The notes under the pieces are model-generated. The model ran no database searches. It was not told where the DNA came from and saw nothing but the letters and a program-made list of their open reading frames with translations. Below are positions 10,770-19,892 of a stretch of 64,000 nt of DNA, one piece after another (position 1 is the first letter of the stretch; every line of letters begins with the position of its first letter). The translations under genes were made by a program, and so were the position numbers. The stretch covers positions 128,001 to 192,000 of the forward strand of contig JAHQJS010000007.1 in NCBI GenBank assembly GCA_019057385.1, read 5' to 3'. The DNA comes from Candidatus Borrarchaeum weybense. Lineage in GTDB: Archaea > Asgardarchaeota > Sifarchaeia > Borrarchaeales > Borrarchaeaceae.

Positions 10770-11309
10770 CTATGCAAAACTATCTATGATTTCATTCGTA
10801 GAATTTATTTTTGCGTTATAGATATCCTCAAGATATTTTAGACCTTGTTCGTGTTCTTCTTTAGTGAATGTTCCTGTCCCATCAGAAGCAATTACGATTT
10901 TGTATCCTCTAAAGAATGCACCAGCCGCAGTATGGCGATCACATATATTAGTATGCATCCCAGTTATGATTACGGTATCAGAATGCAGATCTCGCAATAA
11001 TGAATCGAGTCCGGTCTCAAAAAATCCGCTATATGTCCTCTTTTCAATGATATAATCGTTTGGTGTTGGATCAAGCTCGGGAATGACTTCTGCACCCTTT
11101 GAACCTTTCATTGCATGTGGACCCCATTTTTTTAGTTCACTGTCATACTGAAGATGCGCATCATTGCAGTAAACTACTGGCAAATCATGTTCTCTTGCAG
11201 CATTGAGAAGCTTTTGTATCGAAGGGATGATTTCTTGAGCTGTATCGCATCTTAATTCACCAGTTACAAAATCATTTAGCATGTCTATAACTAAAATGGC
11301 GGGTTTCAT
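10770..11309 (-). CDS. pncA: Cysteine hydrolase, probable nicotinamidase
   Basis: VIDMLNDF, DAH, WGPHA, EKRTYSGF, GMHTNICD; divergent from a nicotinate PRTase gene. Confidence 0.78.
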   Translation of the reverse strand: MKPAILVIDMLNDFVTGELRCDTAQEIIPSIQKLLNAAREHDLPVVYCNDAHLQYDSELKKWGPHAMKGSKGAEVIPELDPTPNDYIIEKRTYSGFFETGLDSLLRDLHSDTVIITGMHTNICDRHTAAGAFFRGYKIVIASDGTGTFTKEEHEQGLKYLEDIYNAKINSTNEIIDSFA

Positions 11310-11509
11310 TTCTCTTTAAATACCTCCTTTTTATTTAGAGAAGTAAATGTCATTATATGCTATTAGCTACATCGCTAGAGGCAAAAAATGGTGAAAAATC
11401 GAAAAATATGGCAAAAAATACCGCAATCAATGTTCGCATTAAATATAAATATATAATTCTTATCACGGTAAGCAAATCAATTTATTGTATCTTCCTTGAG
11501 TGGAAAACT

Positions 11510-12721
11510 ATGAGACGATTCAATTATTGTGATGAAAACGAAATACTTGATGGACGAGCAACTGATGCGTATTTTTTGAGGACTTTTGAAGTTCTTAAGG
11601 CTAAACGTATTGACAAAAGGGTAGTTATGGAAGCCATGATTAAAGGCTTTCCTGATAAAGACTACAACTTCGGTGTTTTTTCGGGAATTCAAGAAGTTAT
11701 CAATTTGTTAAGTTATGTCGCTGAGAATGTAGCAGAATCTAACTCTTTAAATGTCTGGGCAATGCAAGATGGTGAGATATTCTTTCCAAATGAACCTGTT
11801 CTTCGAATTGAAGGAAGATATACTGATTTCGGCATATATGAAACCGCCATTTTAGGGTTCATTTCTTATGCTTCTGGTATTGCAACAAAAGCTGTTAGGT
11901 CTCGAATTGTTGCCAATGACAAACTTGTTTTTAGTTTTGGGACCAGAAGACTTCATCCAAGTGTAGCACCAGTAATAGAACGCGCTTGTTATGCTGGAGG
12001 ATTTGATGCTGTGTCCAGTATTGTTGGAGCAGAATATATGGGTAAGAACGCAGTAGGGACAATGCCACATGCATTAATGTTACTTTTTGGCAACTCAGCG
12101 GATGCGTTTCATGCTTTTAATGAGGTATTACCAAAAGAAGTCCCAAGAATTGCTCTCGTTGATACATACGGATCCCCAAAGGAAGAAACATTACTTGCCC
12201 TCGAATGCATGGGTCCAAACCTTTATGGCGTACGGGTTGATAGTGGAAATCTACTCAAAGTTGGAAAGGAATTGCGCTGGGAGTTGGATATTCGAGGAAG
12301 AGAAGATGTAAAATTATTTGCGAGTGGTGGATTAGACGAGTATGAAGTTAAGAGACTTGCAGAGGTTTACGATGGATTTGGTATAGGCACTAAAGTAGCC
12401 AATGCTCCCGTTATGGATTTTGCATTGAAAATCGTAGAAGTAGATGGAATACCAAGAGCAAAAGTAGGAAATTATAGTGGAGCAAAGGATGTTTATCGAT
12501 TGAAAAACGAATTTCGCGACCTCGTTGTTCCCAAGGGTAAGGAAATAACAAATGGGTATAAACCTTTACTTCACCAAGTCATAAGAGATGGGAAGGTAAT
12601 AAAAGCCTTTGAATCCGTAGATGATGCCAGAGAAAGAGTGCTTTCTCAGATTAAGAGGCTTCCTGACGATTTAAAAAGCTTGTACAAAAAAGATGGCGAT
12701 AGAGTAAAGTTTTTTTCATAG
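11510..12721 (+). CDS. pncB: Nicotinate phosphoribosyltransferase
   Basis: TDAYF, FGTRR, GTMPHA, LVDTY, GVRVDSG, FASGGLDE, FGIGT. ATG at 11510 preferred. Confidence 0.9.
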   Translation: MRRFNYCDENEILDGRATDAYFLRTFEVLKAKRIDKRVVMEAMIKGFPDKDYNFGVFSGIQEVINLLSYVAENVAESNSLNVWAMQDGEIFFPNEPVLRIEGRYTDFGIYETAILGFISYASGIATKAVRSRIVANDKLVFSFGTRRLHPSVAPVIERACYAGGFDAVSSIVGAEYMGKNAVGTMPHALMLLFGNSADAFHAFNEVLPKEVPRIALVDTYGSPKEETLLALECMGPNLYGVRVDSGNLLKVGKELRWELDIRGREDVKLFASGGLDEYEVKRLAEVYDGFGIGTKVANAPVMDFALKIVEVDGIPRAKVGNYSGAKDVYRLKNEFRDLVVPKGKEITNGYKPLLHQVIRDGKVIKAFESVDDARERVLSQIKRLPDDLKSLYKKDGDRVKFFS

Positions 12722-12831
12722 CTATATTCTTTTTTGGGAACAACAATGTTGGGACAAATTATGTTTCAAAATTCACGAGAGAACTGTATACCTTCTTCTT
12801 GTATAGGTTTTAAAGCAAAGTTAAACGAGAT

Positions 12832-13878
12832 TTATTTGATGAGATAGATGTATTGACGTGTATCTCTTAATGAACTAGTTTTTATGATTAGATCATTTTT
12901 CAGTAGATAGTTTATACTAGATCGAACAGTTCTGGCAGGGAGCATAGTCATTTCGATAATCTCTTTTTGTGTTAAGCGACCTTCATATTTAAGAAGTGTG
13001 TGAATAAATTTAGCTGAAGGTGGAGCTGTTTTAGGCATTAAATCTATTGTTTCGTATTTCTTTCGTAATTTTTGAAAGATCTTTGAATTAACTTCCCTTT
13101 CGAGTCGAATGAAGTGTGCTGGAACTTCAGCCTTTGTTATGTTTATGATATCAGCATTCAAATCAACTCTTATTCTTCCATCAACAATTGCCTGACATTT
13201 TGATGAACTAGAGATATCTTTGATTGTTATCGTGCTCAAATTATTTACAATGAATGGTTTATGTGTTTGTTTTAAAGAACAAATAGGCACAATTACGAAT
13301 ACATTTGCCCCTTCCGATACAATAGGTCCTCCAGCTGAAAGTGCATAACCCGTTGATCCAGAGGGTGTTGAAATGATCACTCCATCAGCAGAATCACGCC
13401 ATATCAACTCGTCATCAATTATTAAAGCATATCTAATAACTGTAGCACTCATTTTGGCATTTACTGTCAATTCGTTAAGAGAGAATGGCAGATATTCACC
13501 ATTTATTTCTATAGCCAATCGTGTGCGTTCTTCTACAAAATAATTCTCTTTTTCGATCTCTAGTATGCTTTTTTCGAAGTTTTTGATATCAGTTTCTGCT
13601 AAGAACCCAATATCCCCGAAACTGACACCTAACACAGGAAGTTGGTTTCTATCTAACTCTCTAAAAGTTTTGAGTATGGTTGCAGCCCCTCCAATAGATA
13701 AAACCAAATCTGCTGTCATTTGACTTAATGGGTGTTCATCAAGGTCGATATTTAGTAATTTTGGGAGTCCTTCTTCTAATTCAATACTATGCTTCCTTTT
13801 TCTTAGAAATGCAATAATATCTTTAACATAATCGAGAATAAGAGCCTCATTCGAAGCACAGCTAATCCCAAATTTCAT
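12832..13878 (-). CDS. NAD-kinase-like protein with degenerate catalytic motif (GGAAT) fused to a C-terminal winged HTH
   Basis: GFL, LNE and DGVIISTPSGSTGYALSAGGP are retained; GGDGT reads GGAAT; C-terminal PPSAK...LTQKEI...RTVR...RDTRQYIY is a MarR-like wHTH. Confidence 0.85.
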   Translation of the reverse strand: MKFGISCASNEALILDYVKDIIAFLRKRKHSIELEEGLPKLLNIDLDEHPLSQMTADLVLSIGGAATILKTFRELDRNQLPVLGVSFGDIGFLAETDIKNFEKSILEIEKENYFVEERTRLAIEINGEYLPFSLNELTVNAKMSATVIRYALIIDDELIWRDSADGVIISTPSGSTGYALSAGGPIVSEGANVFVIVPICSLKQTHKPFIVNNLSTITIKDISSSSKCQAIVDGRIRVDLNADIINITKAEVPAHFIRLEREVNSKIFQKLRKKYETIDLMPKTAPPSAKFIHTLLKYEGRLTQKEIIEMTMLPARTVRSSINYLLKNDLIIKTSSLRDTRQYIYLIK

Positions 13879-13932
13879 AATATAATTCTATGATATATCA
13901 TTTTAAAAAGAGTTGCCTTTATTGACTGTTGC

Positions 13933-14448
13933 TTAAGCAATTGTAATGTTTTCAAAAGCTATATTTCTGGCTTCAATAGCTGTATGAGAGAGATATTCAT
14001 CAAGCCAGGATGAAGCCACCAGCACTTTTACAATTGAATATCCATATTTTTTAGCGAAGTTGATATAATCATCAAGAGTGATTTTCTCACCTTTTTCAAC
14101 CTTGTAGAATGTCTCTTTTTCAAAGTCTAGCATGATCTTCGTGGCTTCCTCTTCGGATAATAAATCGGTTGAATGTTCATTTAAAATTTTTTGTGTCCTT
14201 CTTCCTTGACTTATATTGAGAATCCTTTGCTTAACTAATTCCTGCTGTTCGTTTTCGGGTTCTGGTTTAAGGTGTAGATAAATTTGTTTGCATTGCCGTT
14301 GGATGATTTCTTCAACTGTATTGGTAAAAAGGACTATCATCTTTTCTAACCCCTCTACATAAACCTTAACTAATCCGGAAAGATTTGGATATGCATCGTA
14401 GATCATTTTCTTTAAATATTGAATCTGAGAAATCATTAAAATCACCAT
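13933..14448 (-). CDS. Hypothetical protein
   Basis: 171-aa ORF with plausible composition; no motif recognised. Confidence 0.55.
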   Translation of the reverse strand: MVILMISQIQYLKKMIYDAYPNLSGLVKVYVEGLEKMIVLFTNTVEEIIQRQCKQIYLHLKPEPENEQQELVKQRILNISQGRRTQKILNEHSTDLLSEEEATKIMLDFEKETFYKVEKGEKITLDDYINFAKKYGYSIVKVLVASSWLDEYLSHTAIEARNIAFENITIA

Positions 14449-14592
14449 AAGAAGCTCTCGTTCTTCAGGGCAGGGTTACTTAGTTGCTTCTCATCACTAA
14501 TTGTTTTGAGAGCAGTATCTTGTGTTAAAAAAACTATATAAAGTCATCATTTTTTTAAAAAGCAGCCAATAGATAAAAACGATCATAGTGAG

Positions 14593-15420
14593 CTAGATAT
14601 CTAATCGCCATCCGTTTAAATAACTTAGGCTACGACTAATACGCTTTATATTCTTGAAGTTTTCTTTTAACAGTATCAGTCGTTCAATTCCCACTCCAAT
14701 GCCAGCCCATGGTTCATAAACATTCCAATTTTTGTCTAGTGGATGAGGACCTATGGCGGCAGATGCTATTTCAACTCCTTCAATTGAGACGTCGATTGTT
14801 GTTCCATAAACTAACGAATCAACTTGATGTACCTTATATTCCTTTAACCCAACATTTTTCATAATTAGATCAATCATATAATTGATTCGTTTTTCAGGCT
14901 CTAATATGTCTCCATATTCAACAAGATTCATCATTGTGAATTCTTCAAGATGTTGTTGTCCTGTAGTTTCCTTTCTGAAACATTGTCCGATCTCGAATAT
15001 TTTCACTGGATTTACGAACTTCCTTAGTTGACTCATTAAATGATAAAGACCTGGAGCCAACATGGGACGTAGACAACGTGATTCATCGAGCCAAAAAATT
15101 TGTTTCCAAAGAGAATGGTTCTCTTTAATTTCCATACGTTTGATAAAACTCTTTGAAATGATCACTGGTGTCAATACCTCAACAAATCCTTCAGAAATTG
15201 CAGCTTTTTCAAGTGCTTGCTCAATGCGTTTCAATTCGGGTTTTTTAAACATTAAAAAATTCATTAGGTTTTCACGGTGATATTTTTCAAGTGATGTTGA
15301 TATTTCCTGAAAACGCTTGTCACGTTCGCTTTTCGTTTCAAAACTAAGTAAAAAAAATTCATCAGGAGCATCTAATTCCTTTAACCGTTGTTGTTGTGTT
15401 TTTGAAAAAATAAATGCCAT
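14593..15420 (-). CDS. pylSc: Pyrrolysyl-tRNA synthetase, catalytic (C-terminal) subunit
   Basis: QQQRLKELDA, CLRPMLAPGLY, FEIGQCFRKE, HLEEFTMMNLVE, VYGTTIDV, EIASAAIGPHPLD, GVGIERL, SLSYLNG; ends in TAG. Confidence 0.95.
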   Translation of the reverse strand: MAFIFSKTQQQRLKELDAPDEFFLLSFETKSERDKRFQEISTSLEKYHRENLMNFLMFKKPELKRIEQALEKAAISEGFVEVLTPVIISKSFIKRMEIKENHSLWKQIFWLDESRCLRPMLAPGLYHLMSQLRKFVNPVKIFEIGQCFRKETTGQQHLEEFTMMNLVEYGDILEPEKRINYMIDLIMKNVGLKEYKVHQVDSLVYGTTIDVSIEGVEIASAAIGPHPLDKNWNVYEPWAGIGVGIERLILLKENFKNIKRISRSLSYLNGWRLDI

Positions 15421-15440
15421 TTGATTCTCTCTCTTAAAAA

Positions 15441-15725
15441 TTATTTAAATTTGCGTAAGAATTTAGAGAGCCTCCAGTTTTGAATGTCACATGTCTTGCA
15501 AATCTTTCTAGCCCATCCTCTTCTTAACCATCGTGCAGCGCGGCTTCTTCTTGAATTTCGTGTTAAAATAGACTTATTACAAACTGTCTCTATTTTAAGA
15601 TAAGATCCTGCTATTGAAACATTCTTAACTCCATGAAGTGTTCCGCTTCTTGAAGTCCACAATTTGATCTTTTGTAAGAGTTCATTGAGAGGTGGTCGCT
15701 TTTCTCGAGCTAATTTTATAGTCAA
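15441..15725 (-). CDS. pylSn: Pyrrolysyl-tRNA synthetase N-terminal (tRNA-binding) subunit
   Basis: KIKLWTSRSGTLH...C...RNSRRSRAARWLR...CKTC; TTG start with upstream GGAGG. Confidence 0.92.
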   Translation of the reverse strand: MTIKLAREKRPPLNELLQKIKLWTSRSGTLHGVKNVSIAGSYLKIETVCNKSILTRNSRRSRAARWLRRGWARKICKTCDIQNWRLSKFLRKFK

Positions 15726-15743
15726 AAACTTTCCTCCAACAAG

Positions 15744-15811
15744 CGAAGGCCCCGGGAGTTGAACCCGGCTACAAGGGCTTAGGACCCCTGCGGTCTTTCC
15801 GACCGGCCTCC
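15744..15811 (-). tRNA. pylT: tRNA-Pyl (anticodon CUA at 15780-15782); CCA not encoded
   Basis: Reads GGAGGCC GGUC-GGAAA-GACC G CAGGGG-UCCUAAG-CCCUUG UAG CCGGG-UUCAACU-CCCGG GGCCUUC G. It has a 7-bp acceptor stem, small D loop, 6-bp anticodon stem, 3-nt variable loop and G discriminator, and lies just upstream of pylSn. Confidence 0.93.
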
Positions 15812-15864
15812 ATAATAATTAATACTGCCTCTAAGTCCCCTTCATTAGAGAAAGGTATTGTTAT

Positions 15865-16755
15865 TCACAGAAATTCTCCTTTAGCGATCATTTGCACTTG
15901 GCCCCCTACATATACGTTTATTTTCTTGTTTTCTGTTTCTTCTGCGTTTAAGAATAGCAATGAGGGTCTTCCTATCTCATATCCTTGTTCTGCTCTGATA
16001 TCAATTTTGTTCTGTCCGTAATATCGATGTTTTACTAGATATGCAGCTAAGCAGCCTGCAGCACTTCCTGTGGCAGGATCTTCAGGAACGCCGTAATAAT
16101 AGGCAAACATCCTGACATGAACGTGATTTTCTTCGTACTGAGTCTCGGGGCAAAAGACATGTACAGCTTTAGCTTGTGTTTTTTTAATCAAACGGAAATA
16201 TTCCTCCGTATTGACATTAATTCGTTTTATTGACTTAAGTGTCCGTATTGGAACTATAATGAATGGAACTCCAGTCGACACTTCTTGGATGGGAAATCGA
16301 TTATCTATTTCGTTACTGTCGATATTAAGGACTGTTGATAGTGCATTAATAGACAATTCTGATCCAAAAGTCGGTTCCTTTTGTTTCATCACTAAATTGT
16401 CCAATTCTCCATTTTTATAATGGAGATCGATAGGAATTTGACCAACTTTCAGATTCAAATTCACTAATTCAATAGGTTGCTTGATGATCTCTCTTTGGAT
16501 AATATAGGCAGTGCCTAAAGTAGGATGTCCTGCAAACGGCACCTCACTTGCAGGTGTGAATATTCTTACATCATAACCATTGTTTTCAGGTATATCTGAT
16601 AAAATGAATGTCGTCTCTGAAAAATGCATTTCTTTTGCGATAAGCTGCATCTCTTCATCAGAAAACTTATATCCATCCCTAAAAACCGCTAATTGGTTTC
16701 CTGTGTACTTTTTCTCTGCAAAGACATCTACAATATAGAATTGGTGTCCTTTCAT
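15865..16755 (-). CDS. PhzF-family (DAP-epimerase fold) isomerase
   Basis: VDVFA, GNQLAV, SETTF, RIFTPASEVPFAGHPTLG, EDPATGSAAG, EQGYEIGRPS. Confidence 0.9.
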   Translation of the reverse strand: MKGHQFYIVDVFAEKKYTGNQLAVFRDGYKFSDEEMQLIAKEMHFSETTFILSDIPENNGYDVRIFTPASEVPFAGHPTLGTAYIIQREIIKQPIELVNLNLKVGQIPIDLHYKNGELDNLVMKQKEPTFGSELSINALSTVLNIDSNEIDNRFPIQEVSTGVPFIIVPIRTLKSIKRINVNTEEYFRLIKKTQAKAVHVFCPETQYEENHVHVRMFAYYYGVPEDPATGSAAGCLAAYLVKHRYYGQNKIDIRAEQGYEIGRPSLLFLNAEETENKKINVYVGGQVQMIAKGEFL

Positions 16756-16810
16756 TTTGATCCTCTCCTATTCGAATTTTTACTTAAAGTAATTTTTATA
16801 TATTTCATAA

Positions 16811-16848
16811 ATATGAGGTAACGTTCAATATATGAGGTAACGTCCAAT
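16811..16848. repeat. 19-bp tandem direct repeat in a divergent promoter region
   Basis: ATATGAGGTAACGTTCAAT followed by ATATGAGGTAACGTCCAAT. Confidence 0.85.
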
Positions 16849-16870
16849 TACGAAGAATAGTGTATCAAAA

Positions 16871-18328
16871 ATGTGGCACTCTATTAAATCGTTTCATAAC
16901 GCATTACTCAAAAGCATTCGCTTCAAACTTTTCATAGCCGTTTATATTATATACCAACTCGGAATTGGATGGGGCGTCCATCAAATGGACGAATGGGCTC
17001 ATTACATAATGATCATCGCCCTCGTTGAAGATAACACCTTTATAGTTACCAAGTATGTACACTATATTTATTTTACAGTTGGTTTTTATGAGGGAAATTA
17101 TTATGTCGCCAAAGCACCAGGATTAAGTTTTTTGGGAATTCCAATTTATATGCTTCTAAAAATTCTAGATGGATATGTGAGTTTTCCGAATCATTATCAA
17201 TATATTTTGATCTCTTTCGTAGCAGTAATTTCAGCCTTAACAGTTGTTTTGGTACATGATGTCTGCCGCTTGCTAAATTGTAGTGAAAGAACAAGTATAT
17301 TAACTGCTATTCTTAGTGCATTTGGTATAGCTTGGACTCACTCTAAGAGATTTGAGGATGGGTCGGTATCTCCGTTTTTTTTACTTATGGGCATTTATCT
17401 GTTAATGAAAGTAACCCGTAACCAGCTGCCAGAGAAGGAAGAAATGAAGTATCTTGCTTTTGCTGGTGTTTCAATAGGATATGCCCTTTTGGTAGAATAT
17501 ACAAATGTTATCCTGTTAGTACCCATTATTTCATATGTAATTTTCACATACAAAGCTAAAATATTTGGACACAAATTAAGGCAAGTTCTTTGCCTTTTTT
17601 CACCAATCGTCGCAATGGGATTAGTTATTCTTGGTCTCAATCAAATATTGTTTGATTCTCCGTTCTCAACTGCATATACATACCATACTTTTGGACCAGC
17701 CACTGAGTTTTCAATCACATATATTCCACAGGGTCTTTTTAAGTTCTTGATTTATAGTGATCTTGGAGGCGGCAGTTTGTTTTTCTATCAACCGCTAATT
17801 TTCTTTACCTCCACCTTTGGTTTTTTCAAAATGTATAAATTGTTTAAAAGAGAAACACTGCTCTTTATAGCATCAATTCTGTTGAACATCTTGTTTTTTT
17901 CGATGCGTGTAGATTTAGGCGGGGGATTTCATTACATTGGCCCTGGATACATTCATCCTGTTTTGCCATTGCTTATCATTCCCACTGCCCTAACTATTGA
18001 AACATTTAATGCAAAAAGCGTTTCTATTTTTCGAAGAAGAATCTTCTGGTCAGTATATCTTGGATTATTCGCTTTTAGTGTTGTGGTTATTGGAGCATGT
18101 GTATTGGCGTATAACTTCACGATTTTAAATCTTCCTATTGCATATATTGGGGCATTTGAATTATTGAAAAGCGGATACCTTGATCCGAGGCTTTTGAAAC
18201 ATAGATTTCTTCCATCTATTCTTGTTGGTATATTGTTATATGTAGTTTTTTGGGATCGTCGAGGTACTCTAAAAAGCAGATTACGAAAGATGTTTGGCAT
18301 TAAAAAAAAGAAGAATGAACTCTCATAA
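16871..18328 (+). CDS. Polytopic membrane protein, GT-C (lipid-carrier-dependent glycosyltransferase)-like
   Basis: DE after TM1, YYVAKAPGLSFLGIP, NQILFDSPFSTAY, many TM helices. Confidence 0.65.
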   Translation: MWHSIKSFHNALLKSIRFKLFIAVYIIYQLGIGWGVHQMDEWAHYIMIIALVEDNTFIVTKYVHYIYFTVGFYEGNYYVAKAPGLSFLGIPIYMLLKILDGYVSFPNHYQYILISFVAVISALTVVLVHDVCRLLNCSERTSILTAILSAFGIAWTHSKRFEDGSVSPFFLLMGIYLLMKVTRNQLPEKEEMKYLAFAGVSIGYALLVEYTNVILLVPIISYVIFTYKAKIFGHKLRQVLCLFSPIVAMGLVILGLNQILFDSPFSTAYTYHTFGPATEFSITYIPQGLFKFLIYSDLGGGSLFFYQPLIFFTSTFGFFKMYKLFKRETLLFIASILLNILFFSMRVDLGGGFHYIGPGYIHPVLPLLIIPTALTIETFNAKSVSIFRRRIFWSVYLGLFAFSVVVIGACVLAYNFTILNLPIAYIGAFELLKSGYLDPRLLKHRFLPSILVGILLYVVFWDRRGTLKSRLRKMFGIKKKKNELS

Positions 18329-18359
18329 CCGTATGATACTTCTTTAAATATGAGAGAGC

Positions 18360-19766
18360 TTAAGTAGTTTTTTCAATCTCTTTTACAACCTCTGAAAATA
18401 TTTCTAACCCTTTTTCAAGTAATTCTTTTGTTATAGTCAAGGCAGGGATAAAACGTGCAACATTTATCCAGTGACCTCCCTTCCAAACGATTACACCACG
18501 TTCAAAGCACTTTGCAACGATTTTCTTCAGAAGATCTTCAGCAGGCTTTTTACTATCTTTGTTCTTAACAAATTCTACCCCTAAAAATAGCCCTTTGCCA
18601 CGAACATCACCAATGCAATTAACTTCATCTTGTAGATCTTTTAGCAATTTAAGCGCATAATCGCCAAGTTCTGCGGATCTTTTTAGAAGTTGAGTTTCTT
18701 CTGTGAATTTAATGGCCGCAGCACCTGCAGCACATCCAAGAACATTTCCTCTAAATGTTCCCATGTGCCCACCTGGACCCCACGCCTCATCGAACTCTTT
18801 TTTATACATCATCCCTGCTATTGGGATTCCAATTCCTCCAAGTGATTTCGCCATAGTAATAGCATCTGGTGTAACATCGAAGTGTTCGCAACTCCACCAA
18901 TATGTACCAGTACGTCCGAATCCGGCTTGAACTTCATCACAAACAAATAGAATATCGTTTTCTTTGCAGAGTCTTGCTAAACCCTGAATAAACTCCTTTG
19001 GTGGAATTAGTATACCGCTTTCGCCTTGGATTGGTTCCACAATCATGCCTGCTGGTTGAACGAGACCTGAGTAAGGATCCTTAAAGAGATGTTCGATATA
19101 TCTCAAACATTCCATATCACATTCTTCTGCTGATTCTTTTCCAAAGGGACAACGATAACAATATGGGTATGGAGCATGAACAATGCCTGGAATTAAGGGC
19201 AAGTAGTTCTCTTTGTAACTTTTCTTTGCTGTGGCTGCTAAAGATCCAGATGTTTGCCCATGATATCCACCTTCAAATGTAATTATTCTATAGCCCTTCT
19301 TGTTTACTTTAGCTAGTTTTATGGCTGCTTCCACGGCATCAGAACCCGATGGACCACCAAAAATTATCTTTGAATTGCCTTTCATAGATCCTGGCGCAAT
19401 TCTTGAAAGTGCTTCTAAAATGTCAATACGGGCTTTGGTTGGAATATCTAATGTATGTATAATCTTATCAGCCTGTTTTTTAACTACTTCTAAAACATAG
19501 GGGTTTTGATAACCTACATTGCATACAGAAACACCAGCTGAAAAGTCAACATAGACATTTCCATCAACATCCATTAATGTTGCGCCTTTTGCAGCCTCCA
19601 GAGCAAATGTATAAGTCAGTGGATAACTAACTACATTAGCATCAAGGAGTTCTTGTTTTTCTAAAATCGCACGAGATTTCGGTCCTGGGATTTCTGTTAT
19701 GACTTTTGGAGCTCCTTGAAAATGAAGTTCTTTAAATTCATCTTCTATAATATTATTTCCCTCCAT
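18360..19766 (-). CDS. Class-III PLP aminotransferase (diaminobutyrate/4-aminobutyrate aminotransferase-like)
   Basis: PGPKS, GPSGSDAVEAAIKLA, VEPIQGESG, DEVQAGFGRTG, MAKSLGG, HMGTFRGN. Confidence 0.9.
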   Translation of the reverse strand: MEGNNIIEDEFKELHFQGAPKVITEIPGPKSRAILEKQELLDANVVSYPLTYTFALEAAKGATLMDVDGNVYVDFSAGVSVCNVGYQNPYVLEVVKKQADKIIHTLDIPTKARIDILEALSRIAPGSMKGNSKIIFGGPSGSDAVEAAIKLAKVNKKGYRIITFEGGYHGQTSGSLAATAKKSYKENYLPLIPGIVHAPYPYCYRCPFGKESAEECDMECLRYIEHLFKDPYSGLVQPAGMIVEPIQGESGILIPPKEFIQGLARLCKENDILFVCDEVQAGFGRTGTYWWSCEHFDVTPDAITMAKSLGGIGIPIAGMMYKKEFDEAWGPGGHMGTFRGNVLGCAAGAAAIKFTEETQLLKRSAELGDYALKLLKDLQDEVNCIGDVRGKGLFLGVEFVKNKDSKKPAEDLLKKIVAKCFERGVIVWKGGHWINVARFIPALTITKELLEKGLEIFSEVVKEIEKTT

Positions 19767-19892
19767 GAGCGATTCATTCTATTAATTCAGTTGAAGAGTT
19801 TGTACACATAGTATATAGTATTTAAAAAATAATTCGTTGCGTTTGGAAATAAAAAAAATATGAATTTGTGAAAAAGATGAATGAATAGTAAC

